Shown one piece after another: positions 1 to 11,694 of a stretch of DNA of 64,000 nt (the stretch's first letter is position 1; each line of letters opens with the position of its first letter). A program made the translations under genes and the position numbers. The notes beneath the pieces are model-generated. The model searched no databases, had not been told where the DNA came from, and saw only the letters and a list, made by a program, of their open reading frames with translations. The DNA is from Octopus sinensis (lineage: Eukaryota): assembly GCF_006345805.1 (NCBI RefSeq), contig NC_043008.1, positions 75,330,001-75,394,000 on the forward strand, read 5' to 3'.

Positions 1-640
1 GAGGCTGGCAGACGGCCACGCTCGGATGGTGTTTTTATGTGCCACCGACACAGGTGCCAGATGAGGCTGGCGGACGGCCACGATCGGATGGTGTTTGTTA
101 CGTCCCCAAAGCACGGAGGCCAGTCTATGCGGTACTGGCTACGGCCACGTTCGGATGATTTTCTTGTGTGCCACCGGCACTGGTACCACAAAGATACAAA
201 TTCCATTTATGTTCATCTATTTTGATTTGTTTTGATTTGATTTGATTTGATTTGATTTGATTTTCACTTGCCTCAACAGGCCTTCACAAGTGTCACAAGA
301 AGGAAGGTATGCATAGGTGGACTGTCTACGTCGCCGGGTCTTCGGATGGTGTCTTTATGTGCCACCGACACAGGTGCCAGATGTGGCTGGCGAACGGCCA
401 CGATCGGATGGTTTTCTTGTGTGCCACCGGTACTGGAACCACAAAGATACAAATTCCATTGATGTTCATCTATTTTGATTTGGTTTGATTTCACTTGCCT
501 CAACAGGTCTTCACAAGTGTCACGCGTGTCACACACTTGCCTCAACAGGTCTCCACAAGTGTCACACACTTGCCTCTGCCTCAACAGGTCTTCACAAAGT
601 GTCACACACTTGCCTCTGCCTCAACAGGTCTTCACAAAGA
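1..640. repeat. Complex internally repeated element: duplicated GTGCCACCGACACAGGTGCCAGATG..ACGGCCACGATCGGATG units, a (TTTGA)n tract and short CTTGCCTCAACAGGTCTTCACAAGTGTCAC units
   Basis: 38-270 is re-copied at about 358-500; the short unit recurs at about 267, 494, 536, 570 and 609. Confidence 0.8.
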
Positions 641-1456
641 CCTGTTTATGTTAATTTAAAAGATTTATCAAAAAAATCTTATCTAGCTGTTATTTTTAGC
701 ACAACACGTGTTATGTCTCCGGTAATTTTCTTTCATGTAACTAAATGTTTATGTTAATTTAAAAGATTTTCCAAATAAGTTGTATGTACATAGGTTTTTT
801 GTATGCTCTTTTAATCTATAACGTCGTATATTGGCATTAGAGAATAATTTTGACTGATTAAATTGACTATCCAATACCAAACAATCTCCATATTTAAGCT
901 GAATTAAACTTTGGCAAGCTTAAATTTACCTATTCTGACTTACTTGAAAGGTGATGTTCAAATTCCTCTCTTCTATTTGTTAATACCTTTGGTTACCTAC
1001 GAATACTTTGATTCACTTTAAGGATGCTTATTTACCCATCCATTATGATATTTCGAATATGTTTTAGCATAAAGAATCTAGCCTTTTTTAAACAGTTACA
1101 TATGATTTGTCATAAAGATTCAACCTTTAAATAATACTTTTGCAATCGCTAGAGAAAGCGATACATATCTTTCAGAAAGCTTCATACTAATTTTACTTTA
1201 TGCTCAGGCTACGTGGGAAGACAGAATAAAGAGGCTCCTGTTAGCTTATAACAGTATCGATAATCGATTGGTACACTAAAACCAATTTTCAGCTTCAGAT
1301 AATACAAGCATGCCACCTGAAACGAGAGCCCACATTGGCAGAAAGTCTTCTGCACCGGCATGGCAGCAGCGCTGGCAGGCTAAGGAAACTGAGGACCAAT
1401 GATCCTGTAGACTGTTGAAAAGAGCTGCCGCTGCTAGAGCTGCGACTGTTCCATAG

Positions 1457-2035
1457 CAGTATCTCCTTTTCAGTTCATGCCATACTAAACACACCAAAAT
1501 AAATATCCCATTCAATCTAGCAAAAAAGGTCTGTGAAATTGTATCTGACACAAAAACTCGGGAACTTTGCCTACACGGCCTCAAAATTACACTCATTGAA
1601 CGTCAATACTCACCCACACTTATAGACATTGACATTAAACGTGACAAGAAATTGTATACAAACACAGTAAGGACAACAAAACAAAGCACCACATATCACT
1701 TTAAATCACTCCCGTACATATCAACCCACAACCCCAGAATCACCCTCTGCTCATCCAAGACCCGAAAATGAACAACATCCTAAATACACATACACACCTC
1801 AAATGCAAAAGACAACACACATCACTCAAGAGACTCCTAAAAATGCAAAATTATACTTCAATACATACGACACCAACAGCTAAAAAATGCAGACAACCTA
1901 ATTGTGGTACATGCCCATACGTAACTGAAGCCTCGATATTCACATTCCAGCAAGGAGAAAAATTCTCAATTAAGACCACCTTCACATGTTCTTCCCAGGA
2001 CCTTATCTATGTCCTAACCTGCTCAGGTTGTGGCC
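1457..2035 (+). mobile_element. Penelope-like element fragment (RT thumb, Cys-rich linker, start of GIY-YIG), degenerate
   Basis: Translates to QYLLFSSCHTKHTKINIPFNLAKKVCEIVSD..., then CRQPNCGTCPY...FTCSSQDLIYVLTCSGCG, typical PLE thumb and endonuclease-start motifs. Confidence 0.75.
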
Positions 2036-2039
2036 GTAG

Positions 2040-2645
2040 TGTTCTTACGATAAAAAAGAGGATGTTTACATTTTCGAATACTCAGGGAGAAAGGAAAGGA
2101 TAGGTATTCACAGAAGTTGTAGATATTAAAGGTTTTTTTAAAAAGCCTATCGTCTGTGGGCTCGGAAGCGGTAGATATATAAGTTTCCTGGCTTATTTTA
2201 GGGAAATTTAAATATTCAATGGAAATTGTAGATATTCCAGTCTTTGGGAATAGTTGGGGGAAGAGATGTTTACGTTGTTGAAGTTTTGAATTTCTTTTTC
2301 TTTTGGAATTTTTCTTTTCTTTTTAAATGTCTTGCTGTGGTTTACGGTTTTTCTAGTTGTGCAATAAATATATGTTCGCAGGTGCTAATCTCCTTAATTT
2401 TTTTATCGTGCATTTAATTGTGTTGTTACAATAAAATCATGTTTACATTTTCGGGTAGTCAGGGAAAAAGGAGAGAAAATGTCCACACAAAATTGGAGAT
2501 ATTAAAGTTTCTAATTTCTTTTTGTGATGTTCGTTTGTAAGTCCGTTCAGAGAAGACTGTAGTGTTTTTGCAATAAAAAAGGATGTTTACATTTTCGAAT
2601 ACTCAGGGAGAAACGAAAGGAAAGAAAAGGAATATCTATAATTTT
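2040..2645. repeat. Degenerate tandem/dispersed repeat with recurring GATGTTTACATTTTCG motif
   Basis: Motif at about 2061, 2266, 2440 and 2582; sub-blocks are shared with 19600-19860. Confidence 0.6.
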
Positions 2646-2653
2646 TCTTCATG

Positions 2654-2692
<39 letters not shown>

Positions 2693-2823
2693 ATTATTAT
2701 TATTATTATCATTATCATCATCATCATCATCATCATCATCAAGATCAAGATCCTCATCATCATCATCATCATCATCATCATATGTTTGAGAAACCAAGAA
2801 ACAAGTTAGAAGTTCAATTTGGT

Positions 2824-3410
2824 GTTATGACTAAAGTGCCATATATTTGGTTTTGCACAGACTATTGTTCAAGAGAATGCGTGCAAAAAATTAAGTAAAT
2901 TAGAAGATTGTTTTAAAAGTAAGTTGATTCTAAGTTGATGTTGTGGTATTCAGATAACAGTAAGAGTTATTTGCTATTATGTACAGTTGGAAGTATTTTG
3001 ACGCTGTTTACAGATTAAAATGTTTTGGGGATTACATAGACAATATTTAACGGAGAATGTGTGCAGTTTCCTTGAGCACTGTTTTGAATTTCTTCCATTA
3101 TTGCCTTTCCTTGTATCTGAGCTAGGTAGTAAGCTGCCACTTTTGCTATCATTCCTAGGGCACCTATGACAGCAGGTGTTGTTTTAGTCTTGAGGTTCCA
3201 CATTTTGGCAATTTCTATTTCAATATCTTTATACTTGCTCAGATTTTAGTAGGTCTTGACAGCTTCATTTATGTCGATTGGGATAGTCGTATCGATGAGG
3301 AGGCATGATTTTGCTGTTTACATACACGACATTCTGGGCTACTACCGTTCTTTAAGATGTTGGCCTGGTATCTTCTTATAGGTAGGCATTGATCTTGGGA
3401 TGCTAATATT
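2824..3410 (-). mobile_element. R4/Dong-type LINE 3' fragment (REL domain and 3' UTR) with internal deletion
   Basis: EIAKMWNLKTKTTPAVIGALGMIAK is nearly identical to the 15349-15777 ORF; nucleotide match to about 15345-15630 and 15895-15990. Confidence 0.85.
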
Positions 3411-3429
3411 AGCATTATTATTATTTTTA

Positions 3430-3635
3430 TATACACTCAACAAATTAGACAACAAAATACCCTAACATCGGGCTACAACAAATAACCTTAATGCCAAGAA
3501 CCCTCCATGTATCCTAGCTGTCGCTAATAACACTGTTTTCTGGAGCTGTACTAACATGGGTTTTATACCTATTTCCTCTATCCATCTGTTCAGATCTTTA
3601 GGGATAGCTCCCAATTCACTAATACTTCTGCCCAT
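3430..3635 (-). mobile_element. R4/Dong-type LINE extreme 3' fragment (different subfamily)
   Basis: Minus strand reads ELGAIPKDLNRWIEEIGIKPMLVQLQKTVLLATARI, a typical REL-LINE C-terminus. Confidence 0.65.
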
Positions 3636-3715
3636 AGTCTCTATAATTCAATAGTTAAGTCCTGGTACTTTCCTATTTTTCTATACTTTTTCTATACTTT
3701 CTACTATTTATTCTA

Positions 3716-3717
<2 letters not shown>

Positions 3718-3747
<30 letters not shown>

Positions 3748-3830
3748 CTTCTTCTTCTTCTTCTTCTTCTTCTTCTTCTTCTTCTTCTTCTTCTTCTTCT
3801 CCTCCTTCTTCTCCTTCTTCTTCATCATCG

Positions 3831-3912
<82 letters not shown>

Positions 3913-3927
3913 TTATTATTATTATTA

Positions 3928-3990
<63 letters not shown>
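3718..3990. repeat. Compound microsatellite (CTT)n-(CAT)n-(TTA)n
   Basis: Directly visible. Confidence 0.95.
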
Positions 3991-3991
<1 letters not shown>

Positions 3992-4014
3992 ATTGTTGAT
4001 TTATTTTGCTTTTG

Positions 4015-4525
4015 ATTTCATTTGTATGAGCTGCACGCAGGTCTCAAACAGCGATTCAAAGAGACAACTCGCGTTTGCAAACGGTTGAGTACTATGGAAT
4101 TAAAATGTAATCTTAATATTTCCTAAAATAATTTTGATAACCATGACAGTAAAATTGAATATATAAAGATATTCATCTTGAGACGACTTTTCTCAAGGTA
4201 TGTCTGGTATCTATAAGTATGATTTTTTTTGTCTGTGTATTTGTTTGCTCCTTTTGATATCATTTTGGTTTCATTTCTAGAATCCCATTAGCGCTAGGTA
4301 ACTAGCCACATTCTGGCTTCTATTTCCAATTCTTTATTTCAGAAATATGCTATCCACAGCTGGGTCTGCAACATCAGTTAATGAGCCCATCTTTTCAACA
4401 TTATTTTTCAGTGATATCTGGTTGGTTAACTTCAATTTCCCAATCAGTTTGAAATTCCAAGGCACACATTTTGTTGGTTTATGTTCCCACCAATCATCTT
4501 TGTGAGCTTCGCCAGCAAACTCGTA
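4015..4525 (-). mobile_element. Degenerate R4/Dong-type REL fragment next to (TTA)n
   Basis: WWEHKP..WNF and TDVADP resemble WWEHNP..LWNF..LIDMTVP of the full element. Confidence 0.55.
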
Positions 4526-5214
4526 CACACATACACATATGTATGTATATAATGTTTGTGTATTTTGTGTTACTGAGTAGGTAAGGCATTTTCACGATAT
4601 TATCAGAATTGAATACACCTAGAATTTCGCAAATTAGCAATTTCGAAATTCATTTGTAGAGAACAAAACTTGATTGATAAAAATGTTGATTACCATGGAA
4701 AAAAGCAAAACAATAATTTACCTTTGAATATTTACAATTCATTGCGATTAAGTTGATCCTTACTCAGTGCGAATTAAAAATCCGCGTTATGGTTGTTAAA
4801 CATTTCTGTCATTTTTTTTAACCCCTTCATTAAATAGAATTTCATCATGTGATATATATCAATTCAAAATATATAAAATATAATGTAGTACACATGGCTT
4901 GGGAATTCTAACACGCAACTAATCACTGGGAATGCGGAAATTATAAAAAAATATATAGTTAATCATTAGGTTGATACACAGAAAAACACACATATAAACG
5001 CATATGGATATACATTTATATACACATTTGTATATATATACTTACTCATAATTCTCATAGACATTCATATCTCTTTAATTCTAAGACACACGTATCTACC
5101 TCCAACGTCTCTTCTACTCCCCTCTCTCTCTCAACACACACACACATATATATTATATATACATGTAGGTATATATATATATGTGTATATATATATATAT
5201 ATATATGTATGCAT

Positions 5215-5276
5215 TATAGATAGACTGATATATATATATAGATAGGTAGATAGATACATATATAAACAGATAAATT

Positions 5277-5349
<73 letters not shown>

Positions 5350-5350
5350 G
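5215..5350. repeat. (GATA)n microsatellite
   Basis: Directly visible. Confidence 0.95.
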
Positions 5351-6136
5351 CATATGTCTTAAAGCGGAAATTTGTTTTTAAACCAATATATTAAGAGTTA
5401 TATTTAAATTTACCTTTGAGTAACATCTTCAAAAAGATTAATGTCCAAATAGCCTAGAAATAATAGCATATTATACAATATATATACACATTGACAGATA
5501 TACATGTATATGTACATGTGTGCTCGTGTGTGTGCGCGCACAGATACATGGCATACATGCCTTGAAATATAACTATATATCAAGGAATATTAAATAAAAA
5601 GCGATGGGAAAAATATATAGATATATGAATTCGAAAAATAAATTTGGTATTCGAAAAACAAAACAAGTGATGCAAAATAGAGAAATGAATATATATTAAA
5701 TATCTGCTAAAACTTATTTTTGGTTATATCTTTTATCTGAATTCGAATTCCTCTATTCTATTTTTTATTTTTTGAGTGAGAACTTTTGTAGTTGATTTAT
5801 TATGCATTTGTTTCCTGTTGTTATTGTGATTTCAGATGTTTGTTTATGGGAATTTCTAACGCAGTGCATCTGGTTGTTCAGGTGATATAAACTATGTAGG
5901 TGATGATATCCAGGTTATGCATACCACTAATATAACTAAATTGGTATGTGAAATTAACAAGTAGGGCATTAATATTTCCAACTGCACGCAGTATATCTCT
6001 GCAAGTAATAGAAAATGACAGATGTTGACTGTCATTGGATTACCATGCCATTTGCTGAGATCAAGAAAACGTCCGTAGATTGTTTAGACACATTTTAACA
6101 CTCACCTGACAAGAGTGCATTATAAATCATAAATTT

Positions 6137-6319
6137 CTGTATTTAAGAGATGAGAAATTACGTATATTATTTATAATATTTACATTATTAACATTTAACA
6201 GATATTTATCCTCATCTTGTTTGTTGTTAACACAACGTTTCGGCTGATATACCCTCCAGCCTCCATCAGGTGTCTTTTTCGATGTTGTTGTTGTTCTTGT
6301 TGTTATTATTATCATTATC

Positions 6320-6403
<84 letters not shown>

Positions 6404-6495
6404 GTTATTGTTCAGGTCACTGCCGGGAATTGGGGTTAGTAGCACGCGCTCTTAACCACTACGCCATATGCTCGTGGGCAATTGTGGAGTGAATT
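6137..6495 (-). mobile_element. PLE terminal repeat (pLTR-like): tRNA-like head, (TAA)n and hammerhead-bearing tail
   Basis: Follows the GIY-YIG ORF stop directly; homologous to 37995-38912 and 38913-39320. Confidence 0.75.
6230..6273 (-). ncRNA. Minimal type I hammerhead ribozyme motif (one core substitution)
   Basis: Minus strand ACAC-CTGATGG-AGGCTG-loop-CAGCC-GAAAC-GTT-GTGT; stem I ACAC/GTGT, palindromic AACGTT stem III. Confidence 0.7.
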
Positions 6496-7076
6496 TTATG
6501 GCTTATAAATCGAATATTTCCTATCCTTCCTTAATACCGGTTCCCATATGCTGTTCATATCTACACTCGGTCTGCTTAGGAGGTTGTTGTGTCCTAGCAT
6601 ATGTGCTGCTTCTTTTAGTTTCCGTATTTTCCAGTGGTGTTCTCTGTCTATTATTCTAACTTTATCCCACAGGGGGAGGCGGTCTCCATTTTCCCATTCA
6701 TGATCAGCTATACCAGATTTATCTATATCACCTAGTGTCACAGCTTTGCGATGTTCCTCTACCCTTATTTTGAGGGGGAGGCATGTTTCGCCTTTGTGTA
6801 ACCTACCACAGCTGCATGGAATGGAATACACGCAGTCTTTGGTCATATTCTCTTCTATTGCTGGTTTTACGCGGAGAAGGTATTTGCGAAGCGTTGTATT
6901 ACTGTTGAATACTGTCCTGAGGCCTCTCACATAAGGTAGACAAACCGTAGACAGCTTATTGGTTTCATCCTCTCTTTTCTTTATAATTGGAGTAGATAGT
7001 ATGTTTGTGGGGTAGTTGCTTAACAGATTGTTACTGAGCTTGATCATTTCTTCGTGGTGGGTATCATGACCGCTAC
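6496..7076 (-). mobile_element. Penelope-like element 3' ORF piece with GIY-YIG endonuclease
   Basis: CLPYVRGL...CVYSIPCSCGRLHKGET..LKIRVEEH..SGIADH..RKLKEAAHM..NSIWEPVL, a Penelope/Poseidon-type endonuclease. Confidence 0.9.
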
Positions 7077-7077
7077 T

Positions 7078-7822
7078 GTGTAGATGTAGAAACTCAAAGC
7101 TAATACCACGTGGCTTGAATATAATGACACCAGTGGATTCATATAATGCTAGAAGAGTAGCAGAAAGGGTAGGATATGACTTCGTCCGTGAGAGGATCCA
7201 TTACAACCGCTGGAAAAAAGCATCAACTAAATAACGAAATAAAAGAGTTGTTATCTTCACTACTTAGGTAAATAACCAGAGATGATGATAGAAAGAGAAT
7301 CCAACAAAATCTAGAAAAGTCGTACATGAAATGGTGCGGACACGCCAGATTAAGAAGTTTATGAAGTTCAAAGGTCAGAGAATGAAGACTGAAGTCCGTC
7401 ACCCACCTGTTAAAGCAATAATTAATGTAAGTAGCCGACATCTAGAAAGCTCTGAAGAAGCAGTGCTAAAGAAAGGTATCAACTTTGCGACAAACATCAA
7501 GCGCATTCCATACTTGGACATAATAGCCCCTATTGAAGGATAGCCGTAAAGATACCAAAAGCTCAATGAGATGAACTAGGGTGGAAAGTGAGACAGGTAC
7601 TGGAAAAAGCAAAACTTACCCAACCAAACATCACTAAGGAAGAAAAGTTCGCTGTCAAATGACACTTCCATAATACTTCCGGCGGACAATGGAAATGCTA
7701 CAGTGGTGATGAACAAGTCTGACTACTCGGAAAAACTGGCATGCCTTTCTTATAAGTGATGGTAGCTACAACAAAGTAAAGAAAGACCCAACTCTGAAAA
7801 CAGAGAGGAAGTTGTCACAGAT
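7078..7822 (+). mobile_element. Penelope-like element 5' ORF piece (N-terminal and DKG region), frameshifted
   Basis: RCRNSKLIPRGL; INVSSRHLESSEEAVLKKGINFA; IILPADNGNATVVMNKSDY; KVKKDPTLKTERKL. Confidence 0.85.
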
Positions 7823-7865
7823 CACTTTACACTTTAAAATTTCTTTGATTAAAACCTTTTCTAAC

Positions 7866-8785
7866 ATGGGAGTGTCCAAAGAGCATTTAAGGCACATAGT
7901 GCTTTATGAGTATAAAAATGGAAACTCTGCAGCCGAAGAGACTCGAAACACACTCAGTTTATGGGAAAGAACGCTTGAATGAAAGAACTAGCAGAAGCTG
8001 GTTTGCAAAATTCAGAAATGGAGATTTCAGCCTTAAAAATGAAAATCGAAGAGGACCTCCAGTTGAGGTTGATGATAAGCTCCTTGAGGCATTACTTGAA
8101 GAAAATCCTGCATTATCATTTGAAGAATTGGCAATAAAGCTTAGTTCAAACCATACAAATTTTCATTGTCATTTTCAACAACTTGGAAAGGTTCTTAAAC
8201 TGGGAAAATGGGTGAATTGTCCGAAAGCAACTGCAAATCCCGAGTTGAAATCTGCTATTCTTTCCATTCTCGCGAACTCATTTCACCCTTTTTGGATAGA
8301 CTTGTGACTGGTGAAGAAAAATGGAACTTCTATCGATATGTTAAACGTCGTAAACCGTGGCTTGGTAAAAGGGAAAAAGTTCAACAAAAACCAAGAAGGG
8401 AGCTTCATGGAAAAAAGGCTCTTCTCTCTATCTTTTGGGATTGCAAAGGAGGAATTCACTTTGAATTTTTACCACCTAATGCAACAATCAATACTCAAGT
8501 CTACTGTCAGCAACTAGAGCGTTTGAACGAACCAAGCGTTGAAGAAAACAAGATCCACTTTAGTGACTCAAAGAGGAGTAATGTTTCATCAGGACAATGC
8601 GCGACCCCACACTGCAAAGATAACACTACAGAAAATTGAAGAGCTTGGTCGGGAAAAATTCCTCATCCACATTATTCTCCCGGCCGTGCTCCTTTAGACT
8701 ACCATTTGTTTCGTAGTTTACTCGCAAGGCAGGAGGAGGTCGAAACTGATATTTCAGAGTTCTTCGCTTTGAAACCAAAATGACC
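7866..8785 (+). pseudogene. Mariner (DD34D) transposase, frameshifted and partly deleted
   Basis: MGVSKEHLRHIVLYEYK; WFAKFRNGDFSL; LGKWV; RLVTGEEKW; HQDNARPH; HPHYSP..APLDYHLFRSL. No terminal inverted repeats recognised. Confidence 0.9.
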
Positions 8786-8801
8786 TGATATAGTAACAGA
8801 C

Positions 8802-8935
8802 CGTGGCTCTGCTGGCTTCTGATCGTAATTGACTGGAAGTGTTATCATATACATTGTTTGTCTCGGTATAAAAGATGTGTTACAGAAAATATTCTGCTGA
8901 ATACCACAAATTTACTTCTCACTTGTTCGACCGCA
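8802..8935 (+). mobile_element. Fragment of the ~555-bp non-coding element, opposite orientation to 38205-38760
   Basis: Reverse complement of about 38605-38740. Confidence 0.75.
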
Positions 8936-9096
8936 TTTTTCGTCGCTGGCTTTGAACTAAGGTCTTAAGATATACAATAACATACAATGAATATGGGACA
9001 GTGGATTGATAACATCATATTGGGTGGGATAGATAAGTTATATTTAAATGAAGAGGTAAAAGGCAAAGTATTTTCAGTTAAAGAATGGATAGTTCA

Positions 9097-9225
9097 AAAC
9101 TTCATACAAAATACCTAAAATAAATTAAAATACAAAATACAAAATACCTAAAATACAAAATACCTAAAATAAAACTTCATACAAAATACCTAAAATAAAA
9201 CTTCATACAAAATCACCTAAAATAA
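9097..9225. repeat. ~27-bp minisatellite AAAACTTCATACAAAATACCTAAAATA
   Basis: Three full copies plus partial copies visible. Confidence 0.85.
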
Positions 9226-9468
9226 ATTATGAAACGCACACCTATTGAATCATAATTAATTTTGATTAAAAGTGTGTAGAACCTTCGTATGGTTATGACC
9301 CCACCCACTACACTTATCAGAGCATTCCTATTTAAATAACCTTTCTACTTTGTCCAAACCTGTATTGTTTGTCTTAAATTTTTCAATATCCAGTTCATTT
9401 TATGCTGTATGGAAGGTGATCTTTGCTCATTACGCGATCTTCATTTTGTTTGAAAGAGAAGAGAGTAT

Positions 9469-9686
9469 TTAGTAAATGCTTCTTGTCAAAACAGTCTTAG
9501 ACGCACGAGGGAGCGTGAATTTCATTTTATTCCAGGAAGAGGTGGGTTGTTCTTCTTCAGAATTTACTAGGTCTCCTTCAAAAGGCATGAGATATTTCTT
9601 TGGGTCAATTTCGTTTTCTCTAAAATATCTGCCGATTGCTATCGACTGCTGGTCGATCGACATCTTGAAAGTAGATTTTGTGTTAC
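9469..9686 (-). CDS. Possible terminal coding exon, unknown product
   Basis: Complex-sequence open frame (..MSIDQQSIAIGRYFRENEIDPKKYLMPFEGDL..) behind a long polypyrimidine tract; the acceptor is an uncommon GAG and no homology was recognised. Confidence 0.2.
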
Positions 9687-11170
9687 CTCCGTGAGAAAAA
9701 TATAAAATGTAAAAACGAAGGAAAATAGAATATATCTAGAATATAACAAAATGTCTAGTACGGCGCTTGTGATAACATGTTATGACCTATGTGCGAATAA
9801 TATACAAATAGCCATCAGTGTGTCACGTCAATGGTGAAACTACATAATGTTTAACTCTAGGCAAACGTGGTTACTCTCTCAGAATTGTTCCATCAACCAT
9901 TAATACTCAAAAGTTAAGCTATCAATCTAGGATGAGAATTATCTTTAATCTGCCTACGCAACGGAAGCCACATATAAACACATGTTTGACAGATTCTTAT
10001 GATTTGGGGGAAATACAATTAAGTTATTTATCTTCGCGACAGTAACAATGTATTCATTTTCCTCATTTCATTTGCTCGTTTACGAACTGGTTAGAAGTAT
10101 ATGCTGTGGAAATATACACTAAGTAATGTAGAAAACTGTTTTAGTTATCAGAAAGTCATATCCAGCAAAATCATAAAGGTTACTCCATTAACGTCGTAAA
10201 AGTCCTACGAAATACATATTTAAAATTACAATAGCTCTCCATTTATATTATGTCCTCGATAATTCTGATATTTTATTCTGGTTTAATTATTTGAATGTTA
10301 TTCATAATTGCTTATTCATGGGTTATATTTGCTTCAAATAACTTATGCCCAGGAATGAATATTTTTATTTAATCAATAATTCTTTTACCACTTCCCAGCG
10401 CCACATTATGAATCTCTCCCAATAATCAAGCTACGACAAAGTCTGTACTGTATCAAATAAAATTCAAATTTTGTGAAATGTTTCTCTTGATCGGCATTAA
10501 TAGAAGGCTGTATAGCACCAGAATACAATGTACTGAATATTCTACTTAAGTATATCTTAGAAGTACAGTAGATGAATGTTTAAACATGGAATCAGTAAAT
10601 TAACATGACTTGTTAATAATTATGATTTTATTAATATCGATGTGAATATATTAGGACATGTAATTATTGCCTACTTTTATATAATATTATTATCCTCTAT
10701 AAAACTGGAGTACTTTTGCTTACAGACACACAGGCACACACACACAAAATGCATGTATGTATATATTATACAGTTCTGCCAGTAACAGAATACATTAGTG
10801 CCGATATTGCTAGCCACTATTCTAATAACAAACTAGTTCATTCATCGAAGCCTGCAATCAAAAAGTTATACTTTGATGAATAATATCAGCCGATTTACAG
10901 AGTCTGAATTAGCTTCAATCTTCAGATCTTTAGGCTTTCTACTTTGGATTATTTGGAATTGAAATATAAAATTATAAAAGAAAACATTTGGAAAAAATTT
11001 GCAATATCAGGAAATATTGAAAACCAACAGCTATGAATCTGAGAATGGTAAAGAGAAAGAAAAATTAATAGATTTCTCATCGCTTTTCTTTTTGGTCATT
11101 TAAATCCCTTGAGGAGGGATTAGAGCCAAGCATATTTAGAAGAAACACCACATTCCGATCAAATTAATGA

Positions 11171-11171
<1 letters not shown>

Positions 11172-11258
<87 letters not shown>

Positions 11259-11340
11259 TGATGATGATGATGATAATGACGACGATGACGACGATCATGA
11301 CAACCATCACGATGATGATGATATAATCCCGATGATGATA
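11172..11340. repeat. (TAA)n-(TGA)n microsatellite
   Basis: Directly visible. Confidence 0.95.
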
Positions 11341-11694
11341 AAAATAATTACCGAAGGCTACGTTTTCACAAAAGGCCTTAATATTTCCATGAAAAAAAAC
11401 TATATAAAATTTACAACGTAAAATACAATTTCAATAACTGCAAGAAAAGTCTAATTCAAATAAACGAATGCAAGCAAAAAAGTATTTCAGAAAATGTGTT
11501 TTTGTGAGTTCACTGTACATTTGTGACGTGAACAATGTTTAGGTTTCACCATACACACACAGCACACAAAATTGTATCTCTGCTTTCTATACAATCAGGT
11601 ACATATCTAAATGTACTATGACATAATATAAAAAAGTAGTCACACAGAAAGTCACACATATACGCACACTCCTACATACAGAAGCAGACGTTCA

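Noticed and set aside
490-640. CRISPR-like ~30-bp repeats
   Set aside because: No unique spacers, no cas genes and a eukaryotic context; it is a minisatellite
7866-8785. Functional SETMAR-like or domesticated transposase
   Set aside because: Frameshifts, WVPHEL truncated, catalytic D-to-E change and no SET domain
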